Source of the DNA: Pocillopora damicornis
Lineage: Eukaryota
Length of the DNA stretch: 64,000 nucleotides
Reading direction: 5' to 3'
Assembly: GCF_003704095.1 (NCBI RefSeq)
Contig: NW_020846501.1
Coordinates: 496,001 to 560,000 of the forward strand
Positions 15,001 through 27,100 of this stretch are shown in pieces (position 1 is the first letter of the stretch; each line of letters starts with the position of its first letter). The position numbers and the translations under genes are program-made. The notes below the pieces were generated by a model. That model was not told the DNA's origin. It made no database searches and saw nothing but the letters and a program-made list of their open reading frames with translations.

Positions 15001-18000
15001 TTCATATAAAAACATGGCTGTGCACCATTATAAGGCTGGTACATAACTGATCTAAGGTGTCCCTTTTTTTCTTTTTCTGTTTTCTTCTGCAGGAGTGTGG
15101 GCGTCATAGCATACGTTTTGTGAGTATGATTTTTCTATTTTCCCTTTCTGTCTTAGCTCATCCTTGTATTGTTAAACATAACTTTTCAAGGGTGATTTTG
15201 TATGGTTACGAGTCTTTCAATTGTTGCTTCCTTTTCTTCACCTGCCTAAAATACAAAAACGAAGTTAGGTAGTGATGTCAGATTGTCACTCAATTACAAT
15301 GTTATCTTTTCTAATTTTTTTAAAATCCATTTTACAGGCTGAGTGGTCTGTCACCCTTCATGGGAGACGATGACAACGAGACCATACAGAACGTGTCCAC
15401 CGCTGAGTGGGATTTTGAAGACGAAGCTTTTGACGTCGTGTCAGACATGTCCAAAAAGTTCATTGAGGAACTGCTCATCAGAAGTCCCGAGTCAGTAATT
15501 CTAAATAATTCTTTATTTCATTTCAAAGTCAACTTAACAATCGATACCATGACCACGAGACGTGAGTTCACAATCTCGAACATGAAAGAAAGGTCCGCTT
15601 AAAAACTTCCATATTCAGGAAGCCTGCATATCTGCATCGTTTTTTACGTGACGGTGATATTTTGGCTATAGGTTTATCAACGTTCGAGCAGATTGGGAAG
15701 GAGTTCACACACCTAAACACTTATTCCGTTAGAACAATATTTCCATAAGCCTAGAAGTGTTGTTACAGACCCTATCTTCATGATGTTACCTAGCTAATGG
15801 ATATTTGGTATTACATTCTTAGGAAGAGAAATGATGTTTTCAATTGTATGAACCATGATTGGTTGAAGGTAAGAGAGCAGATTTTTTGCTTGTAGATTCC
15901 CGTATCTCATGTGTATGTCATTGGAATCTTAAGCCTCCGTCTTTCCGCTCCCCCCTCCTCCTCTGCTATTACGGTTCCATTTTTCCGTTGATAGGATAAA
16001 TACCCGTCTAGTACGCGCCCGTGATTTCTCTGCCTTGGTAGACCCTCAAAACTTACAAAAATTCGCTATTATCCCACCTTAGGCGGGACAACTTTTACAA
16101 GCTTAGTTGCTGTCGTGCTCTCCATTTAAACTGTAAAAGTAATATAAAAGAATTAAGTCATTGTTATATTGCGTAAAACTTAGAAAGCAACTTCACGGGC
16201 ATTTTTCTTTTAAGATATACTTATCTTTTACTTTCTTTTCTTTTCCCTAATAGAAAGTCAAAACAATTAGGGCTCAGAAGCTCAGCACGGAAAACTTGAA
16301 GAAATTTATTGCGCGCCGTCGTTGGGCGGTAAGTGTCTGTCAATTTTCAAAATTGTCTTTTCAATGCGTTAGGTGATTATTTTTGTAGTGTTTGGGGACT
16401 GATAGTAAACTACATTCTCGCTCCTCTTTAGTTATGTCAGTCCTTCATTTTGACTGCTTGTTTCCTTACCCCACCCCCCTCCTCCACTTCGTATATCACT
16501 TCATTTTCTCACCCACGAAGATCAGGCAATCTAGGCCAAAACACTTTCCAAAAACTGATCTGTTTTCTGTATTTGTTCCCTGTAGAGAACAGCGAATGCC
16601 TTGCGAGCTCTGAGCCGAATGGGATCCCTTGGTGGGCTGATGGCTGGAGGAGGCAAACCCGGTGGCGCAGCTGCCGCCTCTAAACCTGGTGGCTTCCTCA
16701 AGAAGGTAAAAGAAGAGAAGGCCAAGGAGGAAGTTCAGGAGAAAGCAGCCAAAGCGGAGACGAAGAAGGAGCCATTCAAGGAGGAGGTATCTAAGGAGGA
16801 TCCGAAGAAATTTTCAGCAGGTGATAGCCTCATACCAGAAAGACGGGGCCTGAGTTATTCGGGTCGCCGAAGTCCCGCCTTGAGTGGCAGGAGAAGCCCG
16901 ATGTCTCGGGCAGAAGCCCGTAAGTATAGCACTCCTGATCCACGCGTTGTAATCACGTTCGTCTGGTTTGTGTTGTGTTGTCGATCGCCATTTAACATTG
17001 CATTATCTTAACGGGAGTACCGCTGGGCTATCTCGTCCTTCCTTCTTACCGCCTTTTTTTTCGGGCTGAATCTGATCCTGTTTGCCACGAGGTATTATAC
17101 TTCAATCAGGAGCACTTAAATGGAACCAGCTTTTTGTCATGTTCACCGGCAGTCTGTTGTTCCAAGTGGGCCTCTCAATTTTCTTTCTCACTTGTCAGTC
17201 AAATTTCAGAATCCGCTATTATTTCAATCCGCTTTCTCAAGGCGCTTTTCTGAAAAAGCGATTTTTTTAAATCCGCTTTCTTCACTTCTTTCCACTGAGC
17301 TCTTTACAGTTGATGACAAAGCGATGACAGAAGACGCAAAACTCTTTTGCGCCTGACAGATTCGTATTCATCCCCTTAAAGTGCTGTTATTTTCTCTACA
17401 TTTTTGCTTATTTTGGAAATATGGTTCTTAAAACATTTGCTCTAGAAATCATCATTCCTTTTATTCTTACAACCACGTACTTCATCCAGATATTGTGCGC
17501 TCCAGAAAAGGTGACCCTGCCGGAACTGGTCGAGTGTGTTAATTTTTATTGAGAGAACCGCTGTGGATGGAACTTTGTAAGTGTTACAGTTGACTGTAGT
17601 CGTAGACGATTCAGGGGTAACATAGGCTCTATTCCGTGTAGGTTTTATGTCGCAGCTTTGTTTTTATTTTTTGACTCAAGAGTTCACGGCCGCTCTAGCG
17701 CATTAACCGTTTTTTATTTGTAACGATTACAATGTCTCCTTTTGGGGTGCAGTGACGTTGATATATGAATATCTCAAGAAAAATTTCAACAGCTAACACT
17801 CCCAGCTATATCGATTTTTTCAGTTTGGTTTTCCGGCACGCAAACTTAGCTCAGTTCTGCCAAGTATCAACACCAGTTCATGACGACTTATAGTGCAGTT
17901 AGTAAAGGTCACATTTAATATCCGGTCTGTTTTCCTGCATTTCAACCTTCACTTGAATCACTGTATATTTTTTATTGGATTATCCATATTTAGCTCTGAA

Positions 18001-21000
18001 GGTTATTTTTACACATCCTGATAAAAAGCTGTTTTTTCTTCTTTTAATCTCGGATAAAACCTGTGAATAAATGTCTTGATATAAAGTGCTTGTGGCGCCT
18101 CTGTGATTCCTTCCTAATACTTGGAATCTAAGCGCTCTTATAACTCACTGAGCTGTTCGCCAGGTACTTTTTTAATCCAGAAACAACTTTTCGAGTGTAA
18201 CTTTTTTTTATCCTCGTTCGCTTTCAATTATACGACTCTTCGTCGAAAGAAGGCCAACAGATTTTGAAACAGTTTACTTTCTCTCATTACCTCATGACCC
18301 TCCGCATTTTTGTCTAATTACACTTAAATGCCAAGGTGTTTTTTTTGAAGACTGTTTCTGACAATAAGTAAAAGAAAAATTACTTCATAATGGTCTTATT
18401 GTTGATGTACTTTGACACTTAAAAAGTGTCAAATTTCATATGTTAATTGAAGGCGGGCGAATTTTTGTCGAAGTTTCGAGAACCTAATACATTTTATAAT
18501 GTGTCTGGTGCCAGTGAAGCCTTACTTGACGTTTGCGTGATCAATCTTTTTAACACAGAGTCAGTATTCACCCCCTAAAGAAACTGAAAATTTTCCTTCA
18601 TTTAAGCAATCATAACGTCTCGCGTGAGTTTTAAGCGGTCGTGGAGACTGGTACAGATGCTGTTATCAATTTCTGTGGTTGTTAGTACCTAAATTATTCA
18701 TTGCGCGCTGTAACTGATTGTCACTCCATGTGAAGTAATCATGAATCATAGCATTCTGTTGGCCAGGAGATTCTCTTCAACTCGTAAAGACATCAAAAGC
18801 ACCTTAACAGGTTCGTGTAAAGCGTGTAACTTTGCATTTAACATATAGAAACGTTATTGTCGGAACTACAAGTATATGTGGACAATTTTCGCTCAAACAT
18901 TCATCATAGCTATAACGTCCTCATCTGGCTCCCACCCGCGCTGAATTTAATGTGTATATTCCATGAATTATGCCTTTGAAATACTCTCTTAGTTGTGTTT
19001 CGTATGTGAACGTGTTTAGTTCAGTACTTTGAATTTTCTCTGTTAGAAAAAGCTTCACGCTTCTATCGACGTCCGTGAAATCATTCTGCGGCGTATCGTG
19101 TTAATAAGTTAAATGAGTAACATTTAAAGTTGTCTGGCACTACGTTTGGTAATCAAACGCCTCTCGTTACCCAGACTAAATTTTCGGAGCTTTGTGGTTG
19201 TGGCAGAAAAATGACGATTGCCTACAAACGTTAATTTTTTTTTCCCGTCATCTATTTCATCTTACTCTGTAAGAATAATGATGATGCTTTTTAAAATGTC
19301 AAATATTTTCGTCCAGTTCGGAAAAGGGTTTTCCTGAAGATAAAAGTGTCTAATTACATGTCAGCTGTGTTGCATTCCTTGGGTTGCACGATGTAACTCT
19401 CTTTCATAATCGAGAGTAAGATGTCAAGTTAGTTTATTATGTCGGCTTATGATTTCCAATGCTGTTTCTTTTAGTTGGAGATAATCTACGTGCTTCTGTT
19501 CTTCTCTCTAATATTTCCGGTTTTCATATCCTGTTGACGTGCTCTACATTTTAGGGTGTTGATAGGGCTGCGATGTCTTGAGAGAAAGTTCTCGTTTACT
19601 TAAGACCTGTTTCATAATTATTACATGAAAGGCGCCCTCTGATTAGTTTGCATAATTCATTTGACCAAGAAAATGTTTAATTGAATTTGATTCCATTTGG
19701 AAAATGTTTTACTTATCGTGTTGTGTGGAATAATAGTCAAACCCTGGCCTGTCACGTTGTGGGAAAGAAACACACTGATAATATTTACTTAAATCATTCC
19801 ATTGTTTTTCAGTTTGTTTATTCTTCACTTTTATCTGTCTACTTTCATCAGCGTTGTCTTTTGTTTGAAGTAGATAAATGCCTGGGGGTTATCTCGAGTG
19901 CTGTTATCGCAATAACGTCCTTGGCAAGATTTCTGTTCTGCTCTCTGTTACTCCCAAAAAAGGTTTTCTTGTTCTTGTTCAGTTTGTTAACTCCTGAATA
20001 CTTTTAAAAGGAGTGCACTGCTTCTCTTTTAGAGTATAGATGCTTTTTTTAATATTTTGTGAAATCTCATTGATGTAGTCGCTAATTATTCCAAGCTGCT
20101 TAATTTCGTAGCATGTGGTGTTTTCTATAAACACGTCACATTTTGTCACGTCAAAAATCTTTGAGTGCTGTATAATGACCAGTTCACTTTCAGATAGTTT
20201 ATTTATTCTCCTAAATGTTCCTCTTAATTGGCATCTTCATTTAGTGTTGAGAACTTGGTGGTGTATCCTAGCAAACTTTTGTATTGCGCTTGCAACGAGA
20301 AAGATAACTGGAAAAAAAAAAGATCCTTTTTCGTTAAGTGTGGGAAACTGTGCCCACGATTTCCTCTCTTTTTCCTTCTTTCACGTAGCGATGGTTGCAA
20401 TGCAATCCTATTTCACTTTGCTTCCTGACTTTCTTAATTCCTACATGATCTGAACACCCACGCGAACACGTGGGTCAAACGCTTAGGGAAATGCACCTAT
20501 TTATCTGACTTTTAATCCTTGACTGATACAAAAACTTTTTTTTATTCTTCTAACGCGCTGAAATTGATAGTATTGATTTTGACAAAATGTTCTATAGTCA
20601 CTGTACGGACCAGACTGGAGCTGTGGTTATTCTCTCTTTTTGAGCTGGTCAGAGGTCATAAAACACATCCTTTGTGACCCACACATCAGCATCGAAATCC
20701 TTCTTAAATGATCTTTTTCTGTTACGAGTTGTTTTATTATGGTATACTTGTTTCTCTGTGTTCATCACTACCTTTCTTCCTATTAATTGTATGTTTGACC
20801 TTGTACCAACTCGGTGAAGGGAAATTAACACCTTTTTCTTCTTTTAATTCGTCCAAGAATGAATGTCGTGGGTTGTTTCCTGTATGTCTTGCTTTGAGAA
20901 ATAACGTGAATTTTACTTCCCCTCCAAAATCGCCTTCTCTCCTCTACTTCACCCACTCCTTGTCGCGCTTTGTCGCGCCTTTTCCTCCCTTCAAATTGAA

Positions 21001-22835
21001 ACTGTTTCTGGAGCCACTTTTGCTGAGCTTCTCGTGACTTTTCTCCCCTATGTCTCTGAAGTCTCGCGTTGACCACGTGTAACTATCACGTGTTTGTTTC
21101 TTTAAGCCCAATCAGTACTTGCCGCCATACGTGCCATTGTGTAACACACACGTATCCATTGTTAATCATTCATCTTATTTCCCATGTAGATGGTATGCCA
21201 CTAGGCCCCCCTGTCTTCATTCAACACCTGACGAATTGCGAGATCATAGAGAACAGCGCCGCCAGATTTGAATGTAAGGTCAGCGGTAACCCTGAACCGG
21301 AAGTGGAATGGTATAAAGACGGGAAGCTACTGAAGGAAAGTAAACAACTCACATTCCTGTACGATGACAACGACAACTGCAAACTTATCATCACTAAGGG
21401 CACAGCAGCTGACGCAGGCGAATACATGGTTGTGGCCAAAAATCCTCACGGTAAAGTATCGAGTAGTGCACGATTGCTTATCGACACGGGTTCAACGGAC
21501 GATGAAACCGCGAGCGAGTCCGAACTCTCCGAACTGTCTGGCTCTGAAGCTGAGGAGAGAACGATGACCCCAAAAGAGGAAAAGATCACGAAGTACTACA
21601 CTGTTCAAGATGAGCTCGGCAAGGGACGGTTCGGTGTTGTGTGCAAGTGTATTGACAATAAAACGGGACGCGCTTATGCCGCCAAGTTCATCAAATGTAC
21701 TGCGCCCAAGGACAGACAAGACGTCATACACGAAGCAGAGATCATGAGTTCTGTTCGGCACAGGCGGCTCCTTCGGCTTCAAGATTTCTTCCAGACACCC
21801 ACAGAGATGATACTCGTCATGGATCTTGTCACGGGTGGAGAGCTGTTTGAGAAGGTGGTAGAAGATGAGTTCATCTCGGAGATAGAAGTGTCGCATTACA
21901 TGAAACAGATAATGGAAGGTGTTCAGCACTTGCATCAGCGAGAAGTTCTCCATTTAGATCTCAAACCCGAAAACATCATGCTTATTAGACCGGACAGTAA
22001 ACAAATCAAGCTTATCGACTTCGGCCTGGCGAGGAAGTACAACCCGAAGGAAAACCTTAAGGTTATGTTTGGAACACCAGAATTTGTTGCCCCAGAAGTC
22101 ATTACATACGAGCGTATTACACCTGCTACGGACTTGTGGTCCGTTGGAGTCATAGCATATATTCTGCTGAGTGGTTTATCGCCGTTTATGGGGGATACTG
22201 ATGCCGAGACCCTGACGAACGTCCAACTGGCGGAGTGGGACTTTGACGATCCTGTCTTTGATGATATCTCAGATGAAGCTAAAGACTTTATCAGCGGTCT
22301 ACTTGTGCTTAAAGCAAACAAGAGGAGTACTGTCGATCAATTACTCAAACATCGCTGGTTCACTATCGAGAAGGGCAAAGGGAAAAAACTGAAGACCGAC
22401 CGTCTCAAAGCGTTTACGGCGCGAAGGAAATGGAGGCGAGCCATCACTGCGATCCGAAGCACGAACTTTTTGAGCCGGATTCTCGGAAGCCGAGGGTCCG
22501 ATGATAAGAAGAGTAGTGGGGGTGGAGGTGGTGGATTGTTAGCCCGAGTCAAAGCAATGCATGCTGCCGGTATTCAAGGTTCGGAAGGAGGTGTTCCCCC
22601 GGCGTCCTCTCCTTTCCTATCACCTGCCTCAGCAGCGTTCAGCACCAGTAACAGCTTCACTTCGGTAACTGTAACAGAAAGAACGCAAACACAAGGAGAG
22701 ACAACTGTTTTAGAGAAGGAGACAGTGACTGTTACCAAAGACGGACAAACAACTGTTAAAGAAAAAGAAACTACAACAAGAATCGGCGAATTCAAGCAGC
22801 AAGATAGCACAACAGAAGAAGTCGATAATGGTTAG
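1..22835 (+). CDS. Obscurin/UNC-89-like giant muscle protein, 5'-partial: Ig-Ig-SH3-SH3-RhoGEF(DH)-PH-SH3-Ig-Ig-MLCK kinase 1-CaM segment-telokin-like Ig-MLCK kinase 2-CaM segment
   Basis: Frame-consistent GT-AG exons: <1-282 (Ig), 617-916 (Ig), 1278-1351, 1929-2122 (SH3, LYTAIEDF..FWLVR..IGFV), 2366-2393, 2501-2751 (SH3, GWLP), DH 2876-2942 (VLNELIESERQYV), 3279-3382, 3602-3671, 3827-3919, 4156-4248 (YLKKPAQRLDEY), 4522-4572, 4912-4989, PH 5340-5381, 5461-5595 (KERDLFLFEK), 5906-6016, 6377-6443 (KQVWVREI), 6523-6725, 7046-7367 (SH3, EGWVPGSW), Ig 8725-9003, Ig 12354-12632, 12956-13015, kinase 1 13299-13425, 13760-13960, 14293-14431 (HLDLK), 14637-14766 (PEN, DFG), 14924-14972, 15093-15119, 15338-15490, 15823-15868, 16254-16328 (KKFIARRRW), 16586-16820/16919, terminal exon 21190-22835. 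Confidence 0.88.
1364..1696 (+). mobile_element. TTAA-flanked MITE (family 1, piggyBac-like) with internal minisatellite
   Basis: Begins TTAACCCTTTACAC and ends GGGGTTAAAGGG; internal sequence is shared with the copies at 27499-27804 and 60695-60869. Confidence 0.7.
1397..1535. repeat. 14-bp minisatellite (CAGTATATGTWTAT), about 10 copies
   Basis: Units start at 1410, 1424, 1438, 1452, 1466, 1480, 1494, 1508 and 1522. Confidence 0.9.
5190..5283. repeat. Degenerate (GACT/GACA)n microsatellite
   Basis: actgactagctgaccaacagaacgacgaacggatagacagaccgactgatg... Confidence 0.65.
8228..8369 (+). CDS. Candidate alternative first coding exon (MSSRSTLSSSRSYG...) for a short Ig-Ig-MLCK isoform
   Basis: caaATG at 8228 with an in-frame TGA just upstream (8213-8215); 47 open Ser/Arg-rich codons; phase-1 donor G|gtaaaa at 8369 compatible with the phase-1 Ig exon at 8725. 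Confidence 0.6.
17310..17356 (+). CDS. Candidate alternative terminal exon (xDDKAMTEDAKLFCA*) giving a single-kinase isoform
   Basis: Pyrimidine-rich acceptor ttcacttctttccactgagctctttacag|TT is phase 1, matching donors 16820/16919; open to TGA at 17354-17356; AATAAA at about 18066. Confidence 0.5.
21190..22835 (+). CDS. Intronless terminal exon: telokin-like I-set Ig + complete myosin light chain kinase domain + calmodulin-binding segment + Thr-rich tail
   Basis: Part of ORF 21069-22835. Acceptor ttcccatgtag|AT at 21190 is phase 1, matching the phase-1 donors at 16820/16919. Motifs: ENSAARFECKVSGNPEPEVEWYKD, LGKGRFGVV, YAAKFI, HLDLKPENI, IKLIDFGLA, GTPEFVAPE, LSGLSPFMG, RLKAFTARRKWRRAITAIR. 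Confidence 0.92.
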
Positions 22836-24110
22836 CGTCAATTTGTCGTCAGAAAATGGCATCGTAAATGAAAGTTTTAAATGAAGAAGAAAGAGATCAA
22901 TCGATGATGTAGACTTTAATGTGAAAATTGTTTACGCAGAGTAATATCTTAAGTTTTGTTCCAATTTCATTTTGCTTTGTAGGTCACACGTAAGTACACT
23001 ACTAAACAGGAGTGCTATACTTAATTAATTATAACAAATATTTGATATACTTAAAAATAATTCTAGTTATGGTCGTTTTCGATGACTATCTGAAAAGAAG
23101 TGGAAACTAAAAGCGGATTTCTGCAATGTTGCCAAATTATTAAGCGTAGGGTTTTTTTTTTCGGTTTTTCGCTTTTCAACTGCGAAAACTGGCCAAAATT
23201 GTTATTTAATCTCTTCAAAAGCGAACTGTGCACTAAAGTGTTTTGTTCTTATATTTGGAGTCTATTTCACATGAGTAGTGATTGCTGTGGGTTTTTTTCC
23301 CGCCGTCCTGGTTGGCTTCTTGTTGTTAATACTGAGTTCTTGCCGTGAAGTAAGCCTATAAAGTTTAAAATCTCAAGCCGTGGAGGGAAGGTTCTTTCAG
23401 AAGCCATAACTTAAAGGAAAGCCACAACATATGTAAAATTGTTAATTAATTTAAAGGTGAAAGAGACCATGGGATAGAATGCCGTATATGGTTATATTTC
23501 TGTTCTCGAACAAACTGTTGAAAAAGGCTTAAATTTACGTTTAAAGAATTCGTATGCCAGCAGGGTGTACTTCTAAATTCACTTACATTTTCTATTCCTA
23601 CTTTTTCTGTGCCTGAACCACACAAGTTGTAGCTATTTCAAGTAATTCTATTCGACGACAGTTAATCACAGCACATTCTTTTCTCGCTTTATCACCTGAA
23701 TTACAAACAATTGTTTTATGTCAAGAAGGACACATGGTTGAAATTAAGTTAACTGTGTGTTATACACAGGAGACTAAAGAACTCCAAGTTGTGCTTTGTA
23801 TGGACTTATTTTCTTATGAAAACAATCATTAGCGCTGTTCAAGTTTAAGTACAGAGGATTATACGGATTATATTTTACAGCTAACAGAAAATTAAGTAAG
23901 ATATTGCACACAGACATGTTTCTTCGATAGCAGATTATTGCGTGACATGCAAATCATGCAGACGTCGTGCTGTTGTCGGATTTTGAATAAATCACTCGAC
24001 TGAAATTTTCTCCATTCTTGGTATTTGTTTGGTAGAGCTAATCTACTTCAGTACCTCGTGAGGTTGTTAGTGTTTTTTTGTGGTCTTATTCGTGTTTACG
24101 AGACGGCAAA

Positions 24111-27100
24111 ATGTCTAATGATGCCAGTAAGTGACTTATTTATATATTCCTCTCTAAGGCGTTAACCGCTTTAAGCTAACTTATTCACTGCTCGGTCTGT
24201 GATTCATGATATCTGTTTTGTCTTCTTTGTGTATTGAGGAAACTTCTTTTCCGAATTTGCTCTTGTTAATCGTAATATTTTGAAAAAGATCTCGTGTTGG
24301 TATTTTGAACATGATTTTCATGTGGTGTTCGTAGCCGAGCCACTAAGAGTTTAGTAGATGCTTTTCTTCGTTCAACTTGGAACTTTGAAATGTTGTTTCT
24401 TTTCAGTAATATTTCCTGTATAACTTGGCCTTCTAACCCAAAACACCTGTACAACCGCCAGTATGACATTAAAGGTTTTTGAAAAACCTTTAAAAAGAAA
24501 AAAAGTTGATGTCTGCATCAGAACAATTAATTACAAACCTTTTGGTCTTACTCTGTATAAAAAATTGTAAAAGTCATCAGCAAATTGTTGAAGCATTGCT
24601 TCAAACCATTGATATTAAGAGGTAATACTTGGCAAAATAAACATTGTTTAACAAAAAACTAACGACAAAACTAGCAAAGAATGAAGTACCGTTTTGTATG
24701 CTGAAGAAATTCTTTTGGATGCATGTTTGATTGATATTTTTTCTGTGAGAATTGTGACTGAATCGCTTTTTTTGTTCTATTAAGATCGTTTATCTCTTGC
24801 TACGTTTTGTGACATTTTCTCTTACAGTTTAATAACACGATTTATAACCCTCATTCAGTGTTAACTGTGTAGTATTTCGAAAGCAAATGTTGCAGATCTG
24901 CTCCATATGCAAATTATTTAAAATACTTCAAAATCCTGAAGCTTATTCAAGTATGTCTTGGTTTGTAATTACTTTCTGATGTTCTGCGCTTTGTTCTGTA
25001 AAGCAAACGTATTAAATCTGTTATTTCATGGAGGAAGAATTGTTTCTACAGAGGTCGCTTATGTTTTTCTGCGTTGAAATTTCGATCACAAGCTTAGAGT
25101 GATGATAAGAACTAATGTTTCCGCCTCTCTTCAGCTAGACGATTGAAAACGTACTATTAGCAGCTGTTATTACATAGGTGACTAAGGTCATCTATAATAT
25201 TATGTTGTTTTGTATAATGCAGTTGTATTCCATTTGTGAAGTAATTTTCTTAACTAACCTGGTCAACGGTCGTTGGCCTAATAGAGTCCAGTGTATCTTA
25301 AAAATGTTACAGACCAGAGGTTTTGCTTCTGAAAGATTTTGTTTCCATTATTAGCTAAGAAATTAGTGAGAAAATTACACGTTGACTGAGGAGTTTTGCT
25401 TCACTTGAAAGTGATCCTTTTCAAGAAAAGCCCTTGAATCACGTGAAAACTGCGTGATAAGCAGGACTGTTAAGTAAAGAAAGTTGGCGTTAGCACTGCA
25501 GTAATAGCCAATTAACGCCAATCTCGATCGCGCGAATCTGGCGTAAAAGCTGCCATAAAAAAAATTATCAAGGTCCGTCAAGGTATTAACTTAAGCCTGG
25601 TTTTCGCTTCATTGTAACCTAGGAGTACATAAAAACGTTGAACAACACCAGTGAAAGCATTAATTTGCTTTCGGTTGTTCATTGTTTCTATGTAATCGTT
25701 TGCTTGCCCTTTTACTCTGTAGAAAGCGACAACCAGGTTGAATTACATGTTGTGTGTATCTTAGTGTCTTTCTTGTGATAACAACTGTAGGTAAAACAGG
25801 CGGTCTTGGAGGAGCAGCCAACACTCCACAAGCCATCGCTAAGCGTTATTCCACTGGAGGAGTTGCTCTTAAACTGGAAAATGTCGACAAATTTTGGGGA
25901 ATCAAGCACGAAATAGCGAAGTAAGGGCAATTCTGCTTTTTGTTATGATGTTTAATCAGACAACTAATTCATTTGTTTTGATGTGCACGATAAAAATTTC
26001 GGTTACCTTGGAATTCTTTAGCAGTCAATTATTCTGCACTAACCTAAAGTAAATTCTCTTATTTCACCATAGGGGTCGTTTCTCAGCTATAAAGCGCTGC
26101 TTAGACGCCAAAACAAAGAAACCTTTTGTAGCGAAAATTATTAAATATGAAGACGACACAGACCGTGAAGATACTCTTCAGGAATTTGACATCCATCGAA
26201 GCATCAAAGGAGACAAAGTGGTTATGTTGCGGGATGCATTCCTCATGAGGAGATATCTTGTCCTTGTTATGGACATGTAAGTGTGACAAAAGTTGGCTAA
26301 GGGAGTACGTCCACTGAATCATCTCATACTTAAGTTCAGGAGTTTCTTTGGTCTGACTGTTTTTGTGTTTTCCTTTGTTTCAAAGGTTGGAGGGACAAGA
26401 TATCCTAAGCTTTGTAGGATCAAAACCCAGGCCGAATGAGGAAGACATTTGTTTTGTAATTCGACCTTTGCTTGATGTAGTGAATTATCTTCATGGCCAG
26501 CAGATTGTTCACTTGGACATAAGGGTATGTGAAGTAAAGCTCGATTGTAAGTGGGTATTTATATGCTTTATTTTTTTCATTTCCTTGTTTGAATACGGGT
26601 CGAACTACCTCCTGGTCTTGTATTTTCCTTTAGGAACTGAAATAGGGTTTTACAGCCAGCTTGTATGTGTAATCACTTTGTTGGTTTCTTTTTACAGCCT
26701 GCAAACATTTTCATCGCCAAAAGTAACTTGGGTGTGAAACTGATCGATTTTGGAAGTGCTCGCCGCATCAAGAACTGGAAGGAAGGAGACATGTTGGCCA
26801 TTGTTAGTTATGTTGCATTTACAGGTGAGTTGCACAAATCAGAATCCACTTTTGTAATAACCATTGACACAAGGGCGTGGTTCATTTAGCGCATGAGTTA
26901 TAGTGTATAAATATAGAATAAGAAAGATAATATAATATAAGATAAGAAATAAATAATGGACAGAATAGCGATTTGGAGAGCAAGCAAGTAATCAGGCCTA
27001 GAAGAAATTTTCTGTTATCAAAGGCTATCGTGAGACCAGTTTTTATCTGAGGAAATAGTCTGCTCTACACTTGCTATTACCGCTTTATAAATTACAATAG

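Noticed and set aside
19681-21076. Hydrophobic ORFs in the long intron before the terminal exon
   Set aside because: Phe/Leu-rich composition follows from T-rich intron DNA; no motifs or consistent splice sites.
21069-21189. N-terminal 40 aa of the 588-aa ORF
   Set aside because: Intron sequence upstream of the acceptor at 21190; the ORF begins at a non-ATG codon.
21221-22810. Several minus-strand ORFs opposite the large kinase exon (likewise those opposite the Ig exons and cGLR exons)
   Set aside because: Antisense shadows of real coding sequence with no domain signal.
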